Notes: generated from the letters alone by a model not told the origin. A stretch of 63,853 bases of DNA, filler included, from Barthelona sp. PAP020 (GCA_040182905.1; 27 parts of 27 records of this genome joined end to end with filler, not necessarily neighbours in it); one strand, 5' to 3'; counted from the first letter of the whole stretch, positions 10,998-20,034 are shown. Made by a program: numbers and translations.

Positions 10998-12173
10998 ATG
11001 TCAAGGGAAAAATCTAGAACATCGGAATGTGTCAGTGAAGGACATCCTGACAAAGTCTGTGATCAAATTTCAGATTCTATATTGGATGCTTATTTACTTC
11101 AAGATCCTGAGTCCAAAGTTGCCGTAGAAACATGTGCAAACGGAACCGAAGTCTGGGTTTTGGGTGAAGTAAGATCAAAAGCTGAACTTGATATTGAAAG
11201 CATAGTCCGTGATACAATTGTCAAAATTGGTTATGATGCTGAGGAATTAGGATTGAATGGACACAATTGTTCAGTTAAGAATTCTATTACTAAACAATCA
11301 GATCAAATTTTTGCTGCTGTTGACAAATCACTTGATATCACCCAACTTGGGGCTGGAGATCAAGGAATGATGTTTGGTTATGCAACCAATGAAACTTCTG
11401 TTTATCTTCCTCTTTCTCATTACCTTTCTACTCAAATTTTACTTCGTTTAGCTCATTTACGTCGTTCTGACCCAGAATTTAGTTGGTTACGACCTGATTC
11501 TAAATCTCAAGTTACTCTTATGTATGAAGAAAAGAATGGAGAAATTATTCCCACTAGAGTCCATACATTTGTTTGCTCAACTCAACATCATGAAGATATT
11601 GAACAGAGCACTATTCATAAAATGATAATGCAAGTTATCATTGACGTTTGTACTGATTGTGGTTTCGGTCATCTTGTTACTGATGAAACAAATTTCTTGA
11701 TTAATCCTTCAGGTTGCTTTTCTATTGGAGGACCTGCTGCTGATTCTGGATTAACAGGCAGAAAAATCATTGTTGACACCTATGGTTCATGGGGAGCTCA
11801 CGGTGGTGGTGCTTTTTCTGGTAAAGATCCAACCAAAGTCGATCGTTCTGCCGCTTATGCTGCTAGATGGGTTGCTTTATCTTTAGTTGCTGCTGGATTA
11901 TGCAAAAGATGTTTAGTGCAATTATCCTATGCTATTGGATTTGTTGAACCAGTTTCTATTGAAATTGAAACCTACGGAAGTGCTACTAGATCAGAATTAG
12001 AATTGATTGAAATTGTCAACAATAACTTCGACCTCAGACCTGGTTGTATTATCAGGGATTTAGGCCTAAGAGAATTACAAAAAAGTAATTTTAGATACAA
12101 AAATACAGCTGCTTATGGACATTTTGGTCGTCCTGAATTTCCTTGGGAACATCCAAAAGAACTTCAACTTTAA
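10998..12173 (+). CDS. metK: S-adenosylmethionine synthetase (MAT)
   Basis: SECVSEGHPDK, GAGDQG, GLTGRKIIVDTYG, GGGAFSGKDPTKVDRS, YGHFGR. Confidence 0.98.
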   Translation: MSREKSRTSECVSEGHPDKVCDQISDSILDAYLLQDPESKVAVETCANGTEVWVLGEVRSKAELDIESIVRDTIVKIGYDAEELGLNGHNCSVKNSITKQSDQIFAAVDKSLDITQLGAGDQGMMFGYATNETSVYLPLSHYLSTQILLRLAHLRRSDPEFSWLRPDSKSQVTLMYEEKNGEIIPTRVHTFVCSTQHHEDIEQSTIHKMIMQVIIDVCTDCGFGHLVTDETNFLINPSGCFSIGGPAADSGLTGRKIIVDTYGSWGAHGGGAFSGKDPTKVDRSAAYAARWVALSLVAAGLCKRCLVQLSYAIGFVEPVSIEIETYGSATRSELELIEIVNNNFDLRPGCIIRDLGLRELQKSNFRYKNTAAYGHFGRPEFPWEHPKELQL

Positions 12174-12374
12174 TTAAGTTGGAACTTATTTTTCTCGATA
12201 AACGAATGATTGGTTTTTTTTTTTTTTTTAAATGTTTTTTTCTTTAAAAAAAAACTTCAATTCCGTATTGGAAGNNNNNNNNNNNNNNNNNNNNNNNNNN
12301 NNNNNNNNNNNNNNNNNNTTAATTAATTAANNNNNNNNNNNNNNNNNNNNNNNNNNNNNNNNNNNNNNNNNNNN

Positions 12375-12789
12375 AAGAAATAGACTCACTGCTGAGTTTG
12401 AGAAGTATGTTAACTTTTTAATGCAAAACACTTCACGTCATGGTGCTTTTGTAATGTTTAAAAGATATATTTATCCAAAGTTTCATTTCTTCTTAAGAAA
12501 TTCTCCAGTAGCAACCAACATTTATCCTCATTTGGATAAAGTTTTTCTTAACTTTATGAATTGGTGTTGATGTTCTCAAGTATGTACATTGTTCAAGTTC
12601 AGAAGAGTTGTCAGAAACAAGTCATTCAACAAAAAGAGTCAACGTAGAAGAAGACACGATGCAGTCCTAAAGGAATTGAGAAACTTGGGTCGCCTTGCTA
12701 AATTCATTGTCCCAAACATTGAACCAGTCACTCAACAAGGTAGAGTAGACATGCAGAACAAAGTGTTTTTTTTTGCCATCCAAACTTGA
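12375..12789 (+). mobile_element. Possible decayed RLE-type non-LTR retrotransposon fragment
   Basis: Frame-broken pieces HGAFVMFKRYIYPKFHFFLRNSP (post-RT-like) and RRHDAVLKEL...EP...GRVD (RHxxV and R-[P]-D-like endonuclease motifs). Confidence 0.4.
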
Positions 12790-13028
12790 GCTTGACGCTT
12801 TGTTTTGAAAGGAAGGTGGTTATCAAGACACGGTTGCGATTTGACAAATAATGTTTGAAACAAAAAGGTTGTCTTTCTTTTGAGAGAGAGAGCTCAGACT
12901 TTTGTAAATTTGCAAGTTGTCTTAAATCCTTTTTGTGAAACAAAGGTTCATTTTAAGAGAACAACAAATAATAAACACATTTTATGGTATTAAAACATCA
13001 AAAATGTTGGTTATAAGATAACTAACAA

Positions 13029-14714
13029 TCAAGAAGAAAACAAAGTCTCAGTTGTCTCAATTTCGTATAGTTCCTGAAATATATCATCTATTTTAACAGA
13101 AATTGTGTTAGGAATGGATTCAGGATTGTATTTTTTTAATCTTTGAATAAATTTTAGCCATTTTTTTTCCAAATCTCTAATTTCTTCATGAATTTCAATA
13201 ATCTCCTTCAAATCTTCATTTCCATTCAACTTTTTTTCCCTGCATTTTCCTGTATCCAAAAATTTATTCACAATACCAAAATAGTTGTCATAAACTTCCT
13301 TCAAACTTTTAAGCAAACAACGAAAAAAAAAATTCCTTCCAAAATCCCTACCTTCTTGAATTACTACTTTTGCCATGCTAGCCACAAGAAAAGCGATTCT
13401 AAAATGGATTATATGAGCAATTTCAGGAGTTTCATGAGTTTTTAAGAAACTGGTGCCCTTCATCACTGAGTTGACACATTTTACAAAAATAAGACCACTG
13501 TTTTCAAAAAATTTGTGATTTAATCTCAAAAAAAGCATTAAACCATCAACTTTTGTGGTGATGGAACTCTTTAAATTGGTAAATGAAAAAGTGGTCATAT
13601 CAAAAGTATCACACAGAGGTTTGTTATTACACACATCAATGTTATTACACACATCAATATTGGCACCATAACTCAAGAGCATTTCAGCAATATGAAGATA
13701 ACCATTCAGTTGACCAACAAAAAGTGGAGAAAATCCATCATTGGTACATTTATTGGCATCAGCACCATGATCCAAGAGCATTTTGGCAAAATCAAGATGA
13801 CCTCCTTGACAACTGATATACAATGGAGAACTACCATCTTTATCACATCGATTAGCATCAGCACCATGATCCAAGAGCATTTTGGCAACATCAAGATGAT
13901 GTTTTTGACAACTAACGAGCAATGGAGAGCGACCATAATCATCACATTGATTGGCATCAGCACCATGACCCAAGAGCATTTTGGCAACATCAAGATGACC
14001 TTCTTGACAACTAACGAGCAATGGAGAGCGACCATCTTTATCACATTGATTAACATCAACCCCATGATCTTCCAAGAGTATTTTGGCAAAATCAAGATGA
14101 CCTTGATAACAACTAACGAGCAATGGAGAGCGACCATAATCATCACATTGATTGGCATCAGCATCATGACCCAAGAGCATTTTGGCAACATCAAGATGAC
14201 GTTTTTGACAACTAACGAGCAATGGAGAGCGACCATCTTTATCACATTGATTAACATCAACCCCATGATCTTCCAAGAGCATTTTGGCAACATCAATATG
14301 ACCTTTATAACAACTAGCATGCAATGGAGAGCCACCTTTTTTGGTACATTGATTGGTATCAACCCCATAATCCTCTAAGAGCATTCTGGCAACATTAAGA
14401 TTACCTTGTCGACAACTAATATACAATGGAGAGCGACCATCTTTGTCACATTGATTAACATCAACCCCATGATCTTCTAAGAGCATTTTAGCAACATCAA
14501 GATGACCTTTATAACAACTAGCATGCAATGCAGAGCCACCATTTTTGGTACATTGATTGGCATCAACCCCATAATCCTCTAAGAGCATTCTGGCAACATC
14601 AAGATGACCATATTCACAACTAACGAGCAATGGAGAGCGACCATCTTTATCACATTGATTAACATCAACCCCATGATCTTCCAAGAGTATTTTGGCAAAA
14701 TCAAGATGACCTTG
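13029..14714 (-). CDS. Ankyrin repeat protein with near-identical tandem DNA repeats and a helical C-terminal domain (5' truncated)
   Basis: About 10 units like GRSPLLVSCxxGHLDVAKMLLEDHGVDVNQCDKD, with 99/102-bp nucleotide periodicity. Confidence 0.92.
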   Translation of the reverse strand, partial: QGHLDFAKILLEDHGVDVNQCDKDGRSPLLVSCEYGHLDVARMLLEDYGVDANQCTKNGGSALHASCYKGHLDVAKMLLEDHGVDVNQCDKDGRSPLYISCRQGNLNVARMLLEDYGVDTNQCTKKGGSPLHASCYKGHIDVAKMLLEDHGVDVNQCDKDGRSPLLVSCQKRHLDVAKMLLGHDADANQCDDYGRSPLLVSCYQGHLDFAKILLEDHGVDVNQCDKDGRSPLLVSCQEGHLDVAKMLLGHGADANQCDDYGRSPLLVSCQKHHLDVAKMLLDHGADANRCDKDGSSPLYISCQGGHLDFAKMLLDHGADANKCTNDGFSPLFVGQLNGYLHIAEMLLSYGANIDVCNNIDVCNNKPLCDTFDMTTFSFTNLKSSITTKVDGLMLFLRLNHKFFENSGLIFVKCVNSVMKGTSFLKTHETPEIAHIIHFRIAFLVASMAKVVIQEGRDFGRNFFFRCLLKSLKEVYDNYFGIVNKFLDTGKCREKKLNGNEDLKEIIEIHEEIRDLEKKWLKFIQRLKKYNPESIPNTISVKIDDIFQELYEIETTETLFSS

Positions 14715-14814
14715 NNNNNNNNNNNNNNNNNNNNNNNNNNNNNNNNNNNNNNNNNNNNTTAATTAATTAANNNNNNNNNNNNNNNNNNNNNNNNNNNNNN
14801 NNNNNNNNNNNNNN

Positions 14815-15053
14815 AGCAGCGTATCCACAGCTTCACCGGTTGCATATTCATATTTCACCAGCATGGTTTTACCATCTTTCAAAGATGTATAGTGTGCGCC
14901 ATCGGCCATGGATTTCAGCCCATAAATGCCTTTGACAGAAAAGGTCCCGTCTTTGATGACTTTTTTCAGTGTGATGTCCTGTTTCTCTGCAAATAATAGC
15001 AATGTAAAAACAGACATTAGCACAATGCTTTTGCTGATTGTTTTGATTCTCAT
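14815..15053 (-). CDS. Bacterial dipeptidyl-peptidase IV (S9B) N-terminus with signal peptide (partial)
   Basis: Shine-Dalgarno-like GGAGGGGAA before the ATG; signal peptide then ITL...GTF...GLKSMADGAHYT...VKYEYATG, typical of DPP-IV N-termini. Confidence 0.75.
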
Positions 15054-15244
15054 TTCCCCTCCAAAATTATTGTTAATTCAATTTGTTAATCTGGAAATAT
15101 GCAAAAATTTGGGGAAATATAAAATAATTATCCGAAATGAGATGGAATTAAAAAGATTTGTAATAATTCGTATTTAACGTCAGTTCGATCTAAGAAAAAT
15201 TGCACGTTTACATCCGTTTCACAACCCCCTTGTTCCCCCTTGAC

Positions 15245-16889
15245 GAGGCTGTGTGAGAACAAAACGTCAATAAAATAGATAATTTTCTGAATTAAGTTGT
15301 TATAAAATATTAAATTATATCAATAATATAGTGAGGCAAATATTGCATTACAAAGAGCCTGAAGATCGTAACCAAACCCAATTATTTTGGAGTTTAGATT
15401 CATCAATATCTTCCAATCATCAAGTCCGAATTATTGATCTTCTTATTGAAAAAATAGTAAATGAAAATCCAAGACACTTCATATACAAAGGACAAAGTCA
15501 AATTGGTCAAAAGTCTTATAGTCCCAAAACATTTCTGAAACTGTATATCTATGGTTATTTGAATAGTATATCCACAACTAGAAGACTGGAAATAGAGACA
15601 GTACGCAATATAGAAGTAAAATGGCTTTTAGGTAACCTTCAACCTGATTTTAAAACAATTGCAGATTATCGCAGAGATAACAAAGAACAAATTAATTTTG
15701 TGACGTCAAAGATTAGACATTTTTTAAAGGATAAAAAGTATATAACAGGTAAATATGCTGTAATAGATGGCACAAAAATAAAGGCCAATGCCCAAAAAGA
15801 TATGTACAGCAATCAAAAGATACAAAAATTGTTATCAACAATGGCCAGCCAAATGAATAAATATCTTGAAATGCTTGATGTAAATGATGAGCATAAAGAA
15901 GATGATATACAGAGCAAAGAAAACAAAGAATTGTATGATAAAATTGCCCAATTACAAGAAAAAATAGAAAGACTAGAAAATCTTCAGAAAAAACTGGATT
16001 CGAGAGAGAATAAATATATAAATGCCACAGATGAAGATGCAATGTTAGTCAAATCAAGACAAGGAAAAATTCCTGGCTACAATGTTGAAACAGTAGTAGA
16101 TAGTGAAAATATGATGATAATGCACGTATACCTATCTGATAAAGAAACAGATATGCGGGAAGTCGAACCCGCTATAGAAAAACTGGAAGAAGAATATAAT
16201 GAAGTTCCAGAAAAACTATCAGGTGATGCAGGCTTTAATAATTTAGATATGATAGAAAAGATTGAAAATAAATATAAAATAGAAGTTATTACACCAATAT
16301 TACCAACAAAGCGAAGTGAGGAAATAATTCAATTTAAATATGATCGTTTAAATGATGTATATATTTGTAGTGAAGGCAAAGAATTAACCATAAAGCAAAA
16401 GAACAGAAAACATAAAGGTAAATTAGTAGATGTTTATCACTGTAAATGTTATCAGCAATGTAAAATGCGCAAAGCATGTTCAAAATCTAAAAGTGGACGA
16501 TTAATATATCGTTATAAAAATCAAGATTGGCGAGATGCATATCGAGAGAAAATGAAAACAGATCGTTGCATAGCAATAATAAAAGAACGAAAATCAATAG
16601 TTGAACACGTATTTGGAACGATAAAATATTGGATGGGTCAAATTCCACTAAAACTCCGTGGCAATGAAAAAGTATTAACAGAGATTAATTTGTATTCAAT
16701 ATCCTATAATTTAAAAAGATTATTGAATGTGGAAAAAAATGATACAATTTTGAGTCATATAAACCAATATGCATGGTAAATTTCCATGAATATTAAATTT
16801 CAAAAATATATTCCTCGGTTATGAGGATTTTTTGATTAAAGTCAAAGTTTGATGAAAATTTATAATAATGCTAATTCTCACACAGCCTC
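15245..16889 (+). mobile_element. IS1182-family insertion sequence (1645 bp)
   Basis: Perfect 15-bp IRs GAGGCTGTGTGAGAA / TTCTCACACAGCCTC; 4-bp TSD TGAC (15241-15244 and 16890-16893). Confidence 0.93.
15331..16779 (+). CDS. tnp: IS1182-family DDE transposase
   Basis: DUF772-like LKLYIYGY...RRLE, PDFKTIADYR, IDGTKIKANA, DEDA, GYN, DAGF, Cys cluster, RKSIVEHVFGTIK. Confidence 0.93.
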   Translation: MRQILHYKEPEDRNQTQLFWSLDSSISSNHQVRIIDLLIEKIVNENPRHFIYKGQSQIGQKSYSPKTFLKLYIYGYLNSISTTRRLEIETVRNIEVKWLLGNLQPDFKTIADYRRDNKEQINFVTSKIRHFLKDKKYITGKYAVIDGTKIKANAQKDMYSNQKIQKLLSTMASQMNKYLEMLDVNDEHKEDDIQSKENKELYDKIAQLQEKIERLENLQKKLDSRENKYINATDEDAMLVKSRQGKIPGYNVETVVDSENMMIMHVYLSDKETDMREVEPAIEKLEEEYNEVPEKLSGDAGFNNLDMIEKIENKYKIEVITPILPTKRSEEIIQFKYDRLNDVYICSEGKELTIKQKNRKHKGKLVDVYHCKCYQQCKMRKACSKSKSGRLIYRYKNQDWRDAYREKMKTDRCIAIIKERKSIVEHVFGTIKYWMGQIPLKLRGNEKVLTEINLYSISYNLKRLLNVEKNDTILSHINQYAW

Positions 16890-16967
16890 TGACAAGGGGA
16901 ACACGATTTGACAAATTTTATTTGCATTCAATTTTGAAGTTCAAAGTCGTTAATATACTCTTGTGAG

Positions 16968-16987
16968 TTCTCCCTAAAAAGGGAGAT
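16968..16987. repeat. REP-like hairpin TCTCCCT-AAAA-AGGGAGA inside the MITE
   Basis: Short perfect inverted repeat of the same C-run/G-run type as the IS target hairpin. Confidence 0.5.
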
Positions 16988-17052
16988 GCCAGAGGGTGTA
17001 ACACTATAATTCGGAGTGAAAATTTTTAGGTCGAACTCACGTTATTTAATGA

Positions 17053-17085
17053 TTCTTGTTACCAAGTTGAAATTGGTAACAAGAA
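17053..17085. repeat. Perfect 13-bp stem-loop (REP-like or terminator)
   Basis: TTCTTGTTACCAA-GTTGAAA-TTGGTAACAAGAA. Confidence 0.65.
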
Positions 17086-17383
17086 CGGAAATTCGCAGTT
17101 ATTTTTTTAGGAGCAATTTTCTAACAATACAATCATTCCCGGCAATTACCTGANNNNNNNNNNNNNNNNNNNNNNNNNNNNNNNNNNNNNNNNNNNNTTA
17201 ATTAATTAANNNNNNNNNNNNNNNNNNNNNNNNNNNNNNNNNNNNNNNNNNNNAGCTGAAGGACTCTCTGGTCAATTGATAATTCGTGGACAAACTGAAG
17301 GAATTGTTAATGCCATGGGCAATGGATTATCCAGATTGAATCTCAAAAAACAAAAGAACTAGTATAAATAGTGGTGTGTATTT

Positions 17384-17700
17384 TTATTTCCAGGCAGAAT
17401 GTTATGAGTGAACAAAAGAGAATGGTGCTTCTTTGGTTAATGGCTTTCGAGACCTGATTGATCTGTTTTTACAATAAATTTTTCAAAAATTAGGGAAAAA
17501 ACTTTAAAATTTTGCATCCTCAAAATTACAAAAGAATCAGGACAGAAATATTATCCCAAATTTAGGCTTGTCTGTCAAAATAAAATTTTCCTCTTCATTT
17601 CCTTCTCAACGCTAAACTTTCCCAAAATATTCAACAATGAAATTCTCTGCTTTTCTTTTCTTCAAAAGTTATATGAGTTGAACCCATCCAAAGAATTGGT
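17384..17700 (+). repeat. Repeat family A, degenerate copy
   Basis: TTATTTCCAGGCAG...TATGAGTGAACAAAAGAGAATGGTG...GGCTTTCGAGACCTGATTGATCTG. Confidence 0.7.
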
Positions 17701-17933
17701 TAAGATTTTAAGGTGGGTTTGATCAAAGTTTTTCAATTTTATAAATGCCAAACTTCTCTTAAAAGAACGAAAACAGTAAACTAACATGTGAACTGGAGAT
17801 ATAAAGTTATTGGCAGGGAATACAAAATATCATGTTCAATCAATAACATCCCCGTTAGGGACATAACATTGTTGATAAAGGCCAGTAAAATCCATTCTTT
17901 GGAGCAATTTGGCCAGGTGTAATATCCCTAAAT

Positions 17934-18596
17934 TTATGACATCCAATCATTTGAATTGGTGCAAATAGACCAGTATTTGTCCCAATGATAAGACATCAGA
18001 AAAACAAGAGTGCTTGAGAAGTCTAATTTCTCAAATCGTTCAATTGATTCAGTTTTATTTGGTTGATGGATGGTCGATGTAGTTGAATGTATGTTGATGG
18101 GTGTGATTGAAGAACAACCTGAACATGAACAGAATGATGAAACGAAAATGTGTTTGAAATTTTCAAGTTGGAAACCTGTCATGTGAGGTGAAACATGTAA
18201 TCATAGAATATAATTGCAAAATGTAAAGTGGAGTTTTACAAGTCTGAAGCAACGAATTCTCGGTATATTACACGAATAGAGGTGACCACCACATAAAAAA
18301 CGAGCTTCTTCATGGTTTAGGGCTATAGCATATGTGTGAACAGGCATACGTACTTTCTGCAACACTTGACCTGTTTCTCTTCGAATCACAGCAAATTATC
18401 GATCCTCAGAACCAGAATAGATCAATGAAACATCTTGGGAGAAGATTATTGATAATATTCGACTATCATGAACCTTATACTTTCCTACCAACTCTCTAGA
18501 GTCAACATCAAACATCCTGACTATGCCACTATCATCAGATGTCGCCCAATAAGCACCATCGGGTGAACGAATGCATGATTTAACCCATGAATTCAC
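17934..18596 (-). pseudogene. WD40-repeat pseudogene
   Basis: SPDGAYWATSDDSGIVRMFD...HDSRILSIIFS...SGSEDR* is a WD40 pattern; three consecutive same-frame ORF pieces are separated by stops. Confidence 0.55.
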
Positions 18597-18721
18597 GTGT
18601 AAAGCCCTTTATAAGTCTTGAATGAAAACAAGTTTGAACATTCTTCGCTAACAGATGTGGATAAACTTCAAATGCCTGACTTTTGTTTGAGTTGCAGGTC
18701 AAAACACAACAATCAGGCTTA

Positions 18722-19033
18722 TTATTTCCAAACCATGAAGCATTGTACGTATAAGTGAATATGAAAGAATAATGTTTATTTGGTTAAAAGATTTTGAGAC
18801 CCGATTGGTCTGTTGAAAAACTTTAGATTTTCTAATGTAAAGTTTAAACTTGAAAATTTAACTTTTGCAAAAATATAAAAAAAATTAAAATGAAGAAATT
18901 CTCCTGCTAGATTGTTTGAATTGCATTTCAGTCCGTTTATTCCTTTCAGAAGTTTTAATTGAAATTTATCAGAATGAGTTTTTAAAGTTTACTTTTATTA
19001 TAAATAAATATATATGTCTTACAATTGGACCAA
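18722..19033 (+). repeat. Repeat family A, full copy 139 bp upstream of tRNA-Val
   Basis: TTATTTCCAAACCATGAAGC...ACAATTGGACCAA. Confidence 0.88.
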
Positions 19034-19172
19034 AACTTTCATACTTAATAATTAAGATTATTTCATAACAGGTCTAATTAATTTAAAAATTATAATATAA
19101 TAAAACAGACTTGAAATTTTTTAATATAAGTACTTATATCAAAACTTTTTTAATTCAATCAAAATTTACAAG

Positions 19173-19245
19173 GATCTTGTAGCTCAGTTGGGAGAGTGCC
19201 TGCCTAACACGCAGGTGGTCCCGGGATCGAAACCCGGCAAGATCA
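19173..19245 (+). tRNA. tRNA-Val(AAC)
   Basis: Acceptor GATCTTG/CAAGATC; anticodon arm CCTGC-CT AAC AC-GCAGG; T arm CCGGG-ATCGAAA-CCCGG. An A34 Val anticodon is eukaryote-type. Confidence 0.93.
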
Positions 19246-19271
19246 TTTTCAAAAGAATTTTGAAAGAGAAG

Positions 19272-19283
19272 AGGATCGAGTCT
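19272..19283 (+). promoter_or_regulatory. B-box-like motif AGGATCGAGTCT, 26 nt downstream of tRNA-Val
   Basis: Identical to the motif after tRNA-Arg and tRNA-Asp. Confidence 0.7.
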
Positions 19284-19347
19284 TTGAAATTTCAACTATA
19301 TATTCACTCGATAAAATTCACCTCGAAAAAAGGGAAAAATAAAAGGC

Positions 19348-19490
19348 TTCACACGACAATTCACACGACAATAATAATAAATGTTTATAAAGATCTTTAT
19401 TGTTCTTGGTTAGAGTTTGGGGGTACTTGCAACTGAGTCGTTTTGCGTGGATGGTTCAGAACACTCTTAAAAAAAAAAAAGAAATACTTT
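19348..19490 (+). repeat. Repeat family C, downstream of tRNA-Val
   Basis: Aligns with the reverse complements of 19686-19791 and 4637-4728. Confidence 0.75.
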
Positions 19491-19685
19491 AGGTGTGGAT
19501 GGGGCGATTATCTGAATAAAAGTTTAATAATCTTTTCCCTTCTTGCCAATAAATTTTGATTGTTCTTCTCTGGGTTTCCTTGATGNNNNNNNNNNNNNNN
19601 NNNNNNNNNNNNNNNNNNNNNNNNNNNNNTTAATTAATTAANNNNNNNNNNNNNNNNNNNNNNNNNNNNNNNNNNNNNNNNNNNN

Positions 19686-19867
19686 GAGAGTTCTGAACCA
19701 ATCTACGCACAACAGACCAGTGACAAGTAACCCAAACTCTAACCTTGAACAGTAAAAGCTTTTATCAAATGTTTATTATTTTGTCGAGTGAAAAAGCTTT
19801 TATCAAATGTTTATTATTTTGTCGAGTGAAAAAGCTTTTATCAAATGTTTATTATTTTGTCGAGTGA
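19686..19867 (-). repeat. Repeat family C, downstream of tRNA-Leu, with 3 exact tandem copies of a 38-bp unit (19754-19867)
   Basis: Unit AAAAGCTTTTATCAAATGTTTATTATTTTGTCGAGTGA x3; the adjoining GGTTAGAGTTTGGGTTACTTG...GGTTCAGAAC is shared with the Val flank. Confidence 0.8.
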
Positions 19868-19997
19868 AACAGCAAAGATACCATGGAGTAATTTCCCCAA
19901 CCCCAGTTAGTAAATATAAATTAAAGCCTTTAATTTTGCCCTTTCGTCTAACGTGAATTAAATGTTTATGATTTTGTCCAGTGAATTGCATTGTCCG

Positions 19998-20009
19998 AGA
20001 CCCGATCCT
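19998..20009 (-). promoter_or_regulatory. B-box-like motif AGGATCGGGTCT, 25 nt downstream of tRNA-Leu
   Basis: 11/12 match to the motif after the other three tRNAs, in the same orientation. Confidence 0.7.
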
Positions 20010-20034
20010 CAATCCATTTCTTTTAAGTTGAAAA

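Larger units (their letters stand above)
15177..17042. mobile_element. MITE-like element with IS982-type ends (~217 bp once the nested IS1182 is removed)
   Basis: IRs ACGTCAGTTCGATCTAA (15177) and TTAGGTCGAACTCACGT (ends 17042) match 15/17; flanked by the 6-bp direct repeat TATTTA (15171-15176 and 17043-17048). Confidence 0.75.

Noticed and set aside
13692..14378. 228-aa and 220-aa repetitive ORFs overlapping the ankyrin gene
   Set aside because: Shadow frames kept open by tandem repeat periodicity.
13029..16779. Ankyrin gene + DPP-IV + IS1182 as one transposon-associated system
   Set aside because: A linker at 14715-14814 separates them, and contig order reflects length only.
17934..18596. 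Stop-codon reassignment suggested by same-frame ORF pieces
   Set aside because: Conserved genes end at the expected positions with TAA (RPN12, MAT), TAG (RPB8) and TGA (RPL34), and long ORFs have no internal stops.
19754..19867. 38-bp repeats as a CRISPR array
   Set aside because: The units are directly tandem with no spacers, no cas genes are present, and the context is eukaryotic.
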